Shown: piece after piece, positions 47,598 to 58,056 of the stretch
Layout: each line of letters opens with the position of its first letter
Position numbering within the stretch: position 1 is the stretch's first letter
Sequence record: MZ189262.1
DNA from: Escherichia phage W143
Reading direction: 5' to 3' (one strand)
DNA: 64,000 nucleotides
Notes under the pieces: generated by a model
Database searches by the model: none
What the model was told of the DNA's origin: nothing
Seen by the model: only the letters and a program-made list of their open reading frames with translations
Position numbers and translations under genes: made by a program

Positions 47598-47822
47598 TTA
47601 TATAACTCTCATATGCATATCAATGCCCATATCTTTAGAATAAAAATATTCATCAAGATATCCGGCAAATTTTCCTTTAATATAAAGGACATCTTCACCG
47701 CATGGATGGTCGGCCAGGATACGAATATCCTGACGCTTGAGATTATACTTTTTCATTAAGAATTGAATTTCCGTTTCGAATTCTTCTTCATAATTAAAAG
47801 CATCATCAATGCTATATTTCAT
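47598..47822 (-). CDS. hypothetical protein (uvsY.-1-like position)
   Basis: 74 aa; ATGA overlap with uvsY stop. Confidence 0.5.
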   Translation of the reverse strand: MKYSIDDAFNYEEEFETEIQFLMKKYNLKRQDIRILADHPCGEDVLYIKGKFAGYLDEYFYSKDMGIDMHMRVI

Positions 47823-48235
47823 TATTTTCCAGCCTCAAATGCTCGCATGTCTTGAATATGCTTAATAGCAAATCCGCGTGATTTAATAGCATCAAGAGCT
47901 CCGCTACAGAAATCTAATAAAATTCCCCAGTATTGCAATGAAGTATCGACTTTTAAAACGTCCTTATCAGCTGATAGAACTGTCTTCATTTCTGATTTCT
48001 CATAACGGTCCATACTAAATTCATCACCATCTCCTCGTCCCGAGTAGTAGTCTAATTTAGCTTTAAGAGCAACTTTTTTCTGCGCTTCAATTCTAAGCAT
48101 TTCCTTTTTAATACTTGAATGCTTATTAAGCCATTTACTATATAACATCACATTATTAGCTGCTTCATACTGTAATTTAGTCGAATCTATAAACACATCT
48201 TTCTTCAATTCTTCTTGAAGATCTTCTAATTTCAT
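47822..48235 (-). CDS. uvsY: recombination mediator protein UvsY
   Basis: 137 aa, MKLEDLQEELKKDVFIDSTKLQYEAANNVMLYSKW... Confidence 0.9.
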   Translation of the reverse strand: MKLEDLQEELKKDVFIDSTKLQYEAANNVMLYSKWLNKHSSIKKEMLRIEAQKKVALKAKLDYYSGRGDGDEFSMDRYEKSEMKTVLSADKDVLKVDTSLQYWGILLDFCSGALDAIKSRGFAIKHIQDMRAFEAGK

Positions 48236-48275
48236 ATTGTTCTCTATTCAATTGTTATTGGATGGACTTAGATTC

Positions 48276-48301
48276 ATTATACCACGTTTATACGTGAAGC
48301 A
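48276..48301 (-). promoter_or_regulatory. MotA-dependent middle promoter for uvsY (MotA box TGCTTCA, 13-nt spacer, -10 TATAAT)
   Basis: minus strand aTGCTTCAcgtataaacgtggTATAATg directly after the gene 25 stop. Confidence 0.55.
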
Positions 48302-48700
48302 TTATACTCTATTACTGGAAGCCAATTGCAGTTTTATCTGCTCAATATCATCAGGGTTATCGATGACCGAAAAGCGTATTTCTACTATCAGAGTATAATC
48401 ATCATAAACTGGTATTACATTAACTGCTAATTTATCAATACGTGGCTCGTAGTTTCTTACTGCGCTTTCAATGTTACGCTCAACAGTATCAGCAGTAAGA
48501 GGAGTCATATTCTCAAAAAGCTGATCAGATAAATCACATCCAAATTCCGGGTCAAATGGTCTCGACCCTTTTCTGGTTGTAATAATTCCCAAAAGGCTAT
48601 TTTTAATTGACCTTAATCCAAGGGATCTAGAAACATCTTTGTCCCAATCCATTTTCATTTCTGGGTCAATGTCAGAATAAAGCTTATTAATATTTGCCAT
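48302..48700 (-). CDS. 25: baseplate wedge / sheath initiator gp25
   Basis: 132 aa. Confidence 0.9.
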   Translation of the reverse strand: MANINKLYSDIDPEMKMDWDKDVSRSLGLRSIKNSLLGIITTRKGSRPFDPEFGCDLSDQLFENMTPLTADTVERNIESAVRNYEPRIDKLAVNVIPVYDDYTLIVEIRFSVIDNPDDIEQIKLQLASSNRV

Positions 48701-49326
48701 TACAACAGCTCAAAGAATTCTTTGAGTCCTCTTATTACATGAGCGTGAGTTTTTCCACACTCTGGACATTTAATTGGAACAGCCAAATAAACAGTAGGCT
48801 TTAAAAGCATATCTTTTATAGCTACAATATCTGACTCTGTGATGATAGAATATAAATCTTCCAACTCTTTTTCATTCAAGTCTTCAATTGGAATGCTTTC
48901 ACCGTTAGCATGAATTGTTTCTATACATGATACTATCATGTGGGCTATGTTTTTATCATCAAAAATTTTAGGGTAATGGAACTTAATTTTAATGTCGCCC
49001 AGTGTATACCAGAGGTCTTCTGGTGCATCTATTTGTGTATGTAATAGATTTATATGGGTTGGTATTTCAGTTCCACAGGTGCACTTCCAGGAGTTTTCGT
49101 GATTAACTTCTCCAAGAGAATGCGCCCATAAATGAATCAGCAGTAGTTCTGATTCTTGGCGGTTTAAATCTTTTGCATTTGTGCAGTCTTTGATTAGCTT
49201 TTTAACGATCTCTTCTACTGAACCGTTCTTTTTAGCAGTAATAAGTTCTAGATATTCTTTAAGAGTAAATGCGCGACAGTTGATTATTTTAGAACCAACT
49301 CTCACGTCAAATTTGTATTCATACAT
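48700..49326 (-). CDS. 26: baseplate hub protein gp26
   Basis: 208 aa. Confidence 0.85.
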   Translation of the reverse strand: MYEYKFDVRVGSKIINCRAFTLKEYLELITAKKNGSVEEIVKKLIKDCTNAKDLNRQESELLLIHLWAHSLGEVNHENSWKCTCGTEIPTHINLLHTQIDAPEDLWYTLGDIKIKFHYPKIFDDKNIAHMIVSCIETIHANGESIPIEDLNEKELEDLYSIITESDIVAIKDMLLKPTVYLAVPIKCPECGKTHAHVIRGLKEFFELL

Positions 49327-49347
49327 ATTTAGCTCCTTTATTTATCA

Positions 49348-49359
49348 TATTTATAAATA
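49348..49359. promoter_or_regulatory. divergent overlapping late promoters (palindrome TATTTATAAATA) for gene 26 (-) and gene 51 (+)
   Basis: TATAAATA readable on both strands, sharing the central four bases. Confidence 0.6.
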
Positions 49360-49376
49360 GAATAAAAGGAGCATCT

Positions 49377-50126
49377 ATGGCAAACATTATTCGTTGTAAA
49401 TTACCAGATGGTGTTCATCGTTTTAAACCATTTACGGTAGAAGATTATCGAGATTTTTTGTTAGTTCGAAACGATATAGAACATCGGTCACCACAAGAAC
49501 AAAAAGAAATAATTGCTGATTTAATTGCTGATTATTTTGGAGACTATCCGAAGACTTGGCAACCATTTATATTTTTGCAGGTATTTGTAGGGTCAATAGG
49601 TAAAACTAAAGTACCGGTCACATTTGTATGTCCAAAATGTAAAAAGGAAAAGACAGTTCCATTTGAAATATATCAAAAAGAATTAAAGGAACCTGTTTTT
49701 GATGTAGCTAATGTTAAAATTAAATTAAAGTTTCCTTCTGAGTTTTATGAAAATAAAGCAAAGATGATTACTGAAAATATTCATTCTGTTCAAGTAGATG
49801 AAACATGGTATGATTGGAAGGAAATTAGTGAATCAAGCCAAATAGAGCTTGTTGATGCAATCGAGATAGAAACATTAGAAAAAATTCTTGATGCAATGAA
49901 TCCTATTAATTTAACACTACACATGTCCTGCTGTGATAAGTATGTAAAAAAATACACTGATATAGTAGATGTGTTTAAGCTATTAGTTAACCCAGATGAG
50001 ATATTTACTTTTTATCAAATTAATCACACACTCGTAAAAAGTAATTATAGTTTAAATTCAATAATGAAAATGATTCCTGCCGAGCGCGGATTCGTATTAA
50101 AACTGATTGAGAAGGATAAACAATAA
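49377..50126 (+). CDS. 51: baseplate hub assembly catalyst gp51
   Basis: 249 aa. Confidence 0.85.
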   Translation: MANIIRCKLPDGVHRFKPFTVEDYRDFLLVRNDIEHRSPQEQKEIIADLIADYFGDYPKTWQPFIFLQVFVGSIGKTKVPVTFVCPKCKKEKTVPFEIYQKELKEPVFDVANVKIKLKFPSEFYENKAKMITENIHSVQVDETWYDWKEISESSQIELVDAIEIETLEKILDAMNPINLTLHMSCCDKYVKKYTDIVDVFKLLVNPDEIFTFYQINHTLVKSNYSLNSIMKMIPAERGFVLKLIEKDKQ

Positions 50127-51301
50127 TGAGTATGTTGCAACGCCCAGGATATCCAAATCTCAGCGTTAAATTATTTGATAGCTACGACGCTTGGAGTAAT
50201 AATAGATTTGTTGAATTAGCTGCTACTATTACCACATTAACTATGCGGGATTCTCTTTATGGCCGAAATGAAGGAATGCTGCAGTTTTATGATTCTAAAA
50301 ACATTCATACAAAAATGGATGGAAATGAAATAATTCAGATTTCTGTAGCTAATGCAAACGATATTAATAATGTTAAAACAAGAATTTATGGATGTAAGCA
50401 TTTTTCCGTGTCAGTAGATTCAAAGGGTGATAACATCATTGCTATTGAATTGGGAACTATTCATTCTATAGAAAATCTTAAATTTGGCAGACCGTTTTTC
50501 CCTGATGCAGGTGAATCTATAAAGGAAATGCTTGGCGTCATTTATCAAGATCGCACGTTATTAACTCCAGCAATAAATGCTATAAATGCTTATGTTCCTG
50601 ATATTCCATGGACTAGCACATTTGAAAACTATTTGTCGTATGTTAGAGAAGTTGCTCTAGCTGTAGGAAGTGACAAATTTGTATTTGTGTGGCAAGACAT
50701 CATGGGAGTTAACATGATGGACTATGATATGATGATAAATCAAGAACCCTATCCAATGATTGTCGGTGAGCCATCTTTAATAGGTCAATTCATCCAAGAA
50801 TTAAAATATCCATTAGCGTATGATTTCGTTTGGTTGACTAAATCGAATCCTCACAAACGTGACCCAATGAAAAACGCTACTATCTATGCGCATTCATTTT
50901 TAGATTCTTCATTGCCAATGATTACTACAGGAAAGGGCGAAAACTCTATTGTAGTGTCAAGGTCAGGTGCTTATTCTGAGATGACTTATAGGAATGGATA
51001 TGAAGAAGCTATTCGTCTTCAAACTATGGCACAATACGATGGCTATGCTAAATGTTCTACTGTCGGTAATTTTAACTTGACACCTGGCGTTAAAATTATT
51101 TTTAATGATAGTAAAAACCAATTTAAAACAGAATTTTACGTTGATGAAGTTATCCACGAATTATCCAATAATAATTCAGTAACTCATCTATATATGTTCA
51201 CTAATGCAACGAAACTGGAAACAATAGACCCAGTTAAGGTTAAAAATGAATTTAAATCTGATACTACCACTGAAGAAAGTAGTTCTTCCAATAAGCAATA
51301 A
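50126..51301 (+). CDS. 27: baseplate hub protein gp27
   Basis: 391 aa. Confidence 0.9.
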   Translation: MSMLQRPGYPNLSVKLFDSYDAWSNNRFVELAATITTLTMRDSLYGRNEGMLQFYDSKNIHTKMDGNEIIQISVANANDINNVKTRIYGCKHFSVSVDSKGDNIIAIELGTIHSIENLKFGRPFFPDAGESIKEMLGVIYQDRTLLTPAINAINAYVPDIPWTSTFENYLSYVREVALAVGSDKFVFVWQDIMGVNMMDYDMMINQEPYPMIVGEPSLIGQFIQELKYPLAYDFVWLTKSNPHKRDPMKNATIYAHSFLDSSLPMITTGKGENSIVVSRSGAYSEMTYRNGYEEAIRLQTMAQYDGYAKCSTVGNFNLTPGVKIIFNDSKNQFKTEFYVDEVIHELSNNNSVTHLYMFTNATKLETIDPVKVKNEFKSDTTTEESSSSNKQ

Positions 51302-51779
51302 AGAAGTTTCTATTCCTAAAATGGGTCTTAAACATTATAACATTTTAAAAGATGTTAAAGGACCCGATGAAAATTTAAAACTTTTGATCGATTCTATTTG
51401 TCCAAATTTATCACCGGCAGAAGTTGATTTCGTTTCTATTCATTTATTGGAATTTAATGGAAAGATTAAATCTCGTAAAGAAATAGATGGTTATACTTAT
51501 GACATTAATGATGTTTATGTATGCCAAAGATTGGAATTTCAATACCAAGGAAATACATTTTATTTTAGACCTCCTGGAAAATTTGAACAATTTTTAACGG
51601 TGAGCGATATGTTATCCAAGTGCTTGCTTAAGGTCAATGATGAAGTTAAAGAAATTAATTTTCTTGAGATGCCAGCATTCGTTTTAAAATGGGCAAATGA
51701 TATTTTTACAACTTTAGCAATTCCTGGCCCTAATGGTCCAATAACCGGAATTGGCAATATTATTGGATTATTTGAATGA
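51246..51779 (+). CDS. 28: baseplate hub distal subunit gp28
   Basis: 177 aa; 56-nt overlap with the gene 27 end. Confidence 0.8.
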   Translation: MNLNLILPLKKVVLPISNKEVSIPKMGLKHYNILKDVKGPDENLKLLIDSICPNLSPAEVDFVSIHLLEFNGKIKSRKEIDGYTYDINDVYVCQRLEFQYQGNTFYFRPPGKFEQFLTVSDMLSKCLLKVNDEVKEINFLEMPAFVLKWANDIFTTLAIPGPNGPITGIGNIIGLFE

Positions 51780-53548
51780 AAAAGCCACAAGAAATGCAAA
51801 CGATGCGTAGAAAAGTTATTTCAGATAATAAACCAACACAGGAAGCGGCTAAATCCGCTTCTAACACTTTATCTGGACTTAACGATATATCTACGAAATT
51901 GGATGATGCTCAAGCTGCTTCTGAATTAATTGCTCAAACTGTCGAAGAAAAATCGAATGAAATAATTGGAGCAATTGACAGTGTAGAAAGCGCAGTGAGT
52001 GATACTACTGCTGGTTCTGAGTTAATTGCTGAAACTGTCGAAATTGGCAATAATATTAATAAAGAAATCGGTGAATCACTCGGGAGCAAATTAGATAAAT
52101 TAACAAGTTTACTAGAGCAAAAAATTCAGACAGCTGGAATTCAACAGACTGGAACTAGTTTAGCCACAGTTGAAAGCGCTATTCCTGTTAAAGTTGTTGA
52201 GGATGATACAGCTGAATCTGTGGGTCCTTTATTACCGGCTCCTGAAGCAGTTAATAATGATCCTGATGCTGATTTTTTCCCTACCCCTCAGCCAGTTGAA
52301 CCCAAACAAGAATCACCAGAAGAAAAACAGAAAAAAGACGCATTTAACTTAAAATTATCTCAAGCTTTAGATAAATTAACGAAGACTGTTGATTTTGGAT
52401 TTAAGAAATCCATTTCAATTACTGATAAAATATCAAGCATGCTATTTAAGTATACCGTCAGTGCTGCTATTGAAGCTGCTAAAATGACTGCAATGATATT
52501 GGCTGTTGTTGTTGGAATAGACCTGTTAATGGTTCATTTCAAATATTGGTCAGATAAATTTTCGCAGGCTTGGGATTTGTTCAGTACAGACTTTACTAAA
52601 TTCTCTAGCGAAACCGGAACATGGGGTCCTTTATTACAGAGCATCTTTAGTTCTATTGATGAAATTAAAAAATTCTGGGAAGAGGGAGATTGGGGCGGTT
52701 TGACGGTAGCTATTGTAGAAGGGCTTGGAAAGGTTCTTTATAATTTAGGAGAACTTATTCAATTAGGTATGGCTAAATTATCTGCGGCAATTCTTCGAGT
52801 CATTCCTGGTATGAAGGATACTGCTGATGAAGTAGAAGGAAGAGCACTAGAAAATTTCCAAAATTCTACTGGAGCATCTCTCAATAAAGAAGACCAGGAA
52901 AAAGTTGCAAATTATCAAGATAAACGAATGAACGGAGACCTTGGTCCGATAGCAAAAGGATTAGATAAAATTGCTAATTGGAAAACTCGTGCATCTAACT
53001 GGATTCGTGGCGTTGATAATAAAGAAGCACTAACTACCGACGAAGAACGTGCAGCGGAAGAAGAAAAATTAAAGCAACTTTCACCTGAAGAAAGAAAAAA
53101 TGCTTTAATGAAGGCTAATGAAGCCCGCGCCGCAATGATTCGCTTTGAAAAATATGCTGATTCAGCTGATATGAGTAAAGACTCAACGGTTAAATCAGTT
53201 GAAGCTGCCTATGAAGACCTTAAAAAACGGATGGATGACCCGGATTTAAATAATTCACCGGCAGTTAAAAAAGAACTTGCTGCTAGATTTTCTAAAATTG
53301 ATGCTACTTATCAAGAGCTCAAGAAAAATCAGCCTAATGCCAAACCTGAAACTTCTGCTAAATCGCCAGAAGCAAAACAAGTCCAGGTAATAGAAAAGAA
53401 CAAAGCACAGCAAGCTCCTGTTCAACAAGCATCTCCTTCGATCAATAATACTAATAATGTTGTTAAGAAAAATACTGTCGTTCATAATATGACACCCGTA
53501 ACGAGCACGACTGCTCCTGGTGTATTTGACGCGACAGGAGTTAATTAA
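51776..53548 (+). CDS. 29: baseplate hub / tail length determinator (tape measure) gp29
   Basis: 590 aa. Confidence 0.85.
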   Translation: MKKPQEMQTMRRKVISDNKPTQEAAKSASNTLSGLNDISTKLDDAQAASELIAQTVEEKSNEIIGAIDSVESAVSDTTAGSELIAETVEIGNNINKEIGESLGSKLDKLTSLLEQKIQTAGIQQTGTSLATVESAIPVKVVEDDTAESVGPLLPAPEAVNNDPDADFFPTPQPVEPKQESPEEKQKKDAFNLKLSQALDKLTKTVDFGFKKSISITDKISSMLFKYTVSAAIEAAKMTAMILAVVVGIDLLMVHFKYWSDKFSQAWDLFSTDFTKFSSETGTWGPLLQSIFSSIDEIKKFWEEGDWGGLTVAIVEGLGKVLYNLGELIQLGMAKLSAAILRVIPGMKDTADEVEGRALENFQNSTGASLNKEDQEKVANYQDKRMNGDLGPIAKGLDKIANWKTRASNWIRGVDNKEALTTDEERAAEEEKLKQLSPEERKNALMKANEARAAMIRFEKYADSADMSKDSTVKSVEAAYEDLKKRMDDPDLNNSPAVKKELAARFSKIDATYQELKKNQPNAKPETSAKSPEAKQVQVIEKNKAQQAPVQQASPSINNTNNVVKKNTVVHNMTPVTSTTAPGVFDATGVN

Positions 53549-53556
53549 GGAATAAT

Positions 53557-54651
53557 ATGGTAATTGTTAAAGAAATAACTGCTGATTTAATTAAAAAGTC
53601 CGGTGAGAAAATTTCAGCCGGACAGAGTACTAAATCAGAAGTAGCAACTAAAACATACACTGCCCAGTTTCCAACTGGGCGTGCTAGTGGTAATGACACT
53701 ACAGGGGACTTCCAGGTAACAGATCTATATAAGAATGGATTATTATTTACTGCATACAATATGTCATCTAGGGATTCTGGAAGTCTTAGATCGATGAGAT
53801 CTAACTACTCTTCTTCATCTTCGAGTATTTTACGTACAGCCAGAAACACTATCAGTAATACAGTATCAAAACTGTCAAATGGATTAATATCAGATAATAA
53901 TTCAGGAACAATAAGTAAAGCACCTGTTGCAAATATTCTTTTACCAAGATCTAAATCAGATGTTGATACATCATCACATAGATTTAATGATGTTCAAGAA
54001 AGTCTTATCAGCAGAGGCGGAGGTACTGCTACTGGTGTGCTAAGTAATATTGCTTCAACTGCAGTATTTGGGGCACTGGAAAGTATAACACAAGGTATAA
54101 TGGCTGATAATAATGAACAGATTTATACGACAGCCAGAAGTATGTATGGTGGTGCTGAGAATAGAACTAAAGTGTTTACATGGGATTTGACTCCACGTTC
54201 CACAGAAGATTTAATGGCTATTATTAATATCTATCAATATTTTAACTATTTTTCTTATGGTGAAACTGGCAAATCTCAATATGCTGCTGAAATAAAGGGG
54301 TATTTAGATGATTGGTATCGTTCTACGTTAATTGAACCTTTATCTCCGGAAGACGCAGCTAAAAATAAAACACTATTTGAGAAAATGACATCGAGTTTAA
54401 CTAACGTTCTAGTAGTTTCAAACCCGACAATTTGGATGGTGAAAAACTTTGGTGCAACATCTAAGTTTGATGGAAAAACGGAAATATTTGGCCCATGCCA
54501 AATACAAAGCATCAGATTTGATAAAACGCCTAATGGTAACTTTAACGGATTAGCTATTGCTCCAAACCTCCCTAGTACATTTACTCTTGAGATTACTATG
54601 AGAGAAATTATCACGTTAAATCGTGCTTCTTTATATGCGGGGACTTTTTAA
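53557..54651 (+). CDS. 48: baseplate tail tube cap gp48
   Basis: 364 aa. Confidence 0.85.
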   Translation: MVIVKEITADLIKKSGEKISAGQSTKSEVATKTYTAQFPTGRASGNDTTGDFQVTDLYKNGLLFTAYNMSSRDSGSLRSMRSNYSSSSSSILRTARNTISNTVSKLSNGLISDNNSGTISKAPVANILLPRSKSDVDTSSHRFNDVQESLISRGGGTATGVLSNIASTAVFGALESITQGIMADNNEQIYTTARSMYGGAENRTKVFTWDLTPRSTEDLMAIINIYQYFNYFSYGETGKSQYAAEIKGYLDDWYRSTLIEPLSPEDAAKNKTLFEKMTSSLTNVLVVSNPTIWMVKNFGATSKFDGKTEIFGPCQIQSIRFDKTPNGNFNGLAIAPNLPSTFTLEITMREIITLNRASLYAGTF

Positions 54652-55616
54652 TGTATTCTTTAGAGGAATTTAATAATCAAGCAATAAACGCAGATTTCCA
54701 ACGTAATAATATGTTTAGCTGCGTTTTTGCGACAACTCCATCAACTAAAAGCTCTTCGTTGATAAGTTCAATTAGCAACTTTTCTTATAATAACTTGGGT
54801 CTAAATTCAGATTGGTTAGGATTGACTCAAGGCGATATTAATCAGGGAATTACCACGCTAATTACTGCTGGCACACAAAAACTGATAAGAAAATCAGGGG
54901 TTAGTAAATATCTTATTGGTGCCATGAGTCAACGTACAGTTCAAAGTTTATTGGGCTCATTTACAGTTGGTACATATTTAATTGACTTCTTTAACATGGC
55001 ATATAACTCATCTGGATTGATGATATATTCTGTAAAAATGCCAGAGAATAGATTATCCTATGAAACTGACTGGAACTATAATTCTCCTAATATTCGTATA
55101 ACTGGGAGAGAATTAGACCCTTTGGTTATTTCATTTAGAATGGATTCAGAAGCATGTAATTATCGTGCAATGCAAGACTGGGTTAACGCTGTTCAAGACC
55201 CAGTAACTGGATTGCGTGCTTTGCCACAAGATGTCGAGGCAGACATTCAGGTTAATCTTCACGCTCGTAATGGATTACCTCATACTGCGGTGATGTTCAC
55301 TGGATGCATTCCAGTGTCAGTGAGCGCTCCTGAGTTATCATATGATGGAGATAACCAAATAACTACATTTGATGTTACTTTTGCGTATAGAGTCATGCAG
55401 GCTGGGTCGGTTGATAGACAAGCTGCGCTTGAATGGCTTGAATCTGCTGCCATAAACGGTATTCAAAGCGTTCTCGGAAATAGTGGAGGTGTTACTGGAT
55501 TATCTAATTCGCTTTCACGACTTAGTAGATTAGGAGGAACTGCGGGAAGCATTTCAAACATTAATACCATGACAGGAATTGTCAATTCGCAAAGTAAAAT
55601 ATTAGGAGCAATATAA
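54651..55616 (+). CDS. 54: baseplate tail tube initiator gp54
   Basis: 321 aa. Confidence 0.85.
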   Translation: MYSLEEFNNQAINADFQRNNMFSCVFATTPSTKSSSLISSISNFSYNNLGLNSDWLGLTQGDINQGITTLITAGTQKLIRKSGVSKYLIGAMSQRTVQSLLGSFTVGTYLIDFFNMAYNSSGLMIYSVKMPENRLSYETDWNYNSPNIRITGRELDPLVISFRMDSEACNYRAMQDWVNAVQDPVTGLRALPQDVEADIQVNLHARNGLPHTAVMFTGCIPVSVSAPELSYDGDNQITTFDVTFAYRVMQAGSVDRQAALEWLESAAINGIQSVLGNSGGVTGLSNSLSRLSRLGGTAGSISNINTMTGIVNSQSKILGAI

Positions 55617-55620
55617 CAAT

Positions 55621-55638
55621 GGGGACCTTTCGGTCCCC
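55621..55638. terminator. bidirectional hairpin (ggggacc-tttc-ggtcccc) between convergent gene 54 and the alt-region genes
   Basis: perfect 7-bp stem flanked by T-tract on the plus side. Confidence 0.6.
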
Positions 55639-55644
55639 ATATTT

Positions 55645-55935
55645 TTATTTACGGAACGAAATAAAAGCAGCAACTGAAGCAACTAAACTGTCTTCAATAT
55701 AAACTTCAATTTTTACTGGAGCTTCTGACTCAAATTTACCTGTTACTACACCTTGGAAAATACTTTCAGTCTGCTCTGGCTTTGAAAAATTTTCAGAAGG
55801 AAAAATTCCGAACTTTTTATCTGTTCCAAAAATTTTGATAAATTCATCATAAACTGCTTCATTAAAAGCATTATCAGCAGGAATAACGCCTTCAACTACA
55901 AGTTCTTGACCTAAAAAGCGTAAAGAAGATTTCAT
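55645..55935 (-). CDS. hypothetical protein downstream of the Alt paralogues
   Basis: 96 aa ORF. Confidence 0.45.
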   Translation of the reverse strand: MKSSLRFLGQELVVEGVIPADNAFNEAVYDEFIKIFGTDKKFGIFPSENFSKPEQTESIFQGVVTGKFESEAPVKIEVYIEDSLVASVAAFISFRK

Positions 55936-55995
55936 TTTGTGTTCCTCATGTTATGTCAGTAAGACTACTATAACACAACACGAGGGACTTGTAAA

Positions 55996-58053
55996 CTACA
56001 TTTTGAACTTTTTAGACATTCCGTTGATGTTAACCAAAGAAGCCAAGATTTGAGAAACTTCGTTTTCCTCTTCTTTTGATTCTTCTACAAGGAATTGATT
56101 AAACCCAGTCATTGGACGAACTTCACCAGTTTCCATTAGATGGTCGCCATCATATACCGATTCTTCTAATTGTTCAGAAGGAGGAACGATTGTGCCTTCG
56201 ATTAGATACTTGTTATAAGCAGTTTCTTTCATCATGTACGTACTCACTTTATTAATCTTCAGCAAAATTCCACGTGGTAAAATAACTTCAGCTTCTGATG
56301 GAAATCCTGATAAATGACCTGGAACGATAACTTTGATTCGCTCAGCTCCTTTAATTACCATACCCACGCTAGTTTCAGCATCTTCATTCGCATAAGCAGA
56401 GTGACTGCCCATATGCATTAAATCTTCTGCATCAACTGAACCTTCTCCTTCACCAGAAAATACTGCGCCGGAATCATCTAGAGCCATATAGTTTTTACCA
56501 TACTCACCGAAGATATTTGGTTTAAGCGATGTGGATACGAAGTTCTTGAAGTAGAACATTTTATTTTCAATATTATGACGTAAAGTTTTAAAGGTAACTT
56601 CTTGCCCACGGTAAAGTGTAGTTCCTGGAGGAAGAACTGATCCTTTGGCAAAGGCAGAATCCATTGTCTCGATGTGTTTAATAGCTCGTTCCATATATTC
56701 TTCACGAGTAGAATCTGGTTTACCCAAAAGGAACGAGTTCATTTCAACATATGAATCTGCACAATAATCTTCAATTACATCGGACTCAGCCTGAGTTAAT
56801 CCTTTTGGGGGTACTTCAGTACTTGCATATTCATACGCTTGAGAAGCAGACTCATTAATCAATTTATAAATGCCATTCATGACAAATTGAATAATAGCTA
56901 CCTTTTCATCTGGCGTGGCTTTAGAACCTTTAACTAAATCATTGACAATTTTCTTAATAACATCAAAGCTATTAGAAATATTAATGTCAGCAAGATCGCT
57001 TAAAATTTTATCGGTTTTATAATCAAAGAATTCTTTATTCTTTAAATATTCTTGAGAACCTTGATATGTTATATCGTTCTGCAATCTGATAGACGGATCA
57101 CGTAAACGTGCATGGGCCAATGCAATATGATTTCGGAAGCTTTCTAGTTCATAATCGTTAGATTTAAAACGAGAAGCACTTCTCATACCACCGATAGCTC
57201 CTTTGCTGAAGTTTGAACCAATCTGAATAACGCCAGAGTTCATTGGTCCTTCTGCTTTATATACCGGAACTTTAGATTCAAACTCTTGATATTTCTTAGC
57301 AGCGAAGCTATCGCCCTGAAGTGAAGCATCGACAGTAGAGTATTGAGCTTGTGCTGCTAATCGACGACTAATTTTAGTTTTCTGAATAACAGCTTGATCC
57401 GTACGCTTATCATTTTCTAAAGCAATAGAAGCAGCAACAGCAACAGCTTTAGGAACAGCATTACCTGTTTTAACGTCTACATAAACATCACCAACCTTTG
57501 ATTCAACTTTTGTGAATAACTCAGTTGAAATAGGAGGTACACCTGGAATGTCTTCTAAATTGGCATTTTTACGGTAAACCATAATATATGCGTACTTTTT
57601 ATCGTAATCCCAGATTTCCTTTAAAAGAACATATCGACCTGCTCCTTTAGTACGTACTAAACGGTCAGCGATAACTTGCATTTGACGAGCTGCACCGTTT
57701 GTTTTACTCTTTAGTACGCGGAATAAGCATGCATCAATTTTATACTGTTTCATTGTCTGAAGAGCGGTATCAAAAACCGCATTAATGACACCAATTGGAT
57801 TTCCACCTAAGTTTTTAAGTTTAACTAATGATAGTTTCTCGTTGACACCTATCATTACGATATGCATCATTTTATCGCCTGGCTTAACGTTTTTGTTTGT
57901 ATCACCGCCAGAGGTGTATGTACAAAATCTAAATCCAGGAAGCACGCTTTCTTCACCGGCTTGAATAGCAAAAATTTGAGGTATTTTATGCTTAGGATTT
58001 AAGTTAACAACCGGCGCCGAAGCGCCGTCAAATAATTCTGTAATAAGTTCCAT
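55996..58053 (-). CDS. Alt-like ADP-ribosyltransferase, paralogue 1
   Basis: 685 aa; N-terminus MELITELFD...; C-terminal ART signature R (LYRGQ), S-T-S (FVSTSL), E-x-E (EAEVILPRG). Confidence 0.8.
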   Translation of the reverse strand: MELITELFDGASAPVVNLNPKHKIPQIFAIQAGEESVLPGFRFCTYTSGGDTNKNVKPGDKMMHIVMIGVNEKLSLVKLKNLGGNPIGVINAVFDTALQTMKQYKIDACLFRVLKSKTNGAARQMQVIADRLVRTKGAGRYVLLKEIWDYDKKYAYIMVYRKNANLEDIPGVPPISTELFTKVESKVGDVYVDVKTGNAVPKAVAVAASIALENDKRTDQAVIQKTKISRRLAAQAQYSTVDASLQGDSFAAKKYQEFESKVPVYKAEGPMNSGVIQIGSNFSKGAIGGMRSASRFKSNDYELESFRNHIALAHARLRDPSIRLQNDITYQGSQEYLKNKEFFDYKTDKILSDLADINISNSFDVIKKIVNDLVKGSKATPDEKVAIIQFVMNGIYKLINESASQAYEYASTEVPPKGLTQAESDVIEDYCADSYVEMNSFLLGKPDSTREEYMERAIKHIETMDSAFAKGSVLPPGTTLYRGQEVTFKTLRHNIENKMFYFKNFVSTSLKPNIFGEYGKNYMALDDSGAVFSGEGEGSVDAEDLMHMGSHSAYANEDAETSVGMVIKGAERIKVIVPGHLSGFPSEAEVILPRGILLKINKVSTYMMKETAYNKYLIEGTIVPPSEQLEESVYDGDHLMETGEVRPMTGFNQFLVEESKEEENEVSQILASLVNINGMSKKFKM

Positions 58054-58056
58054 GAT

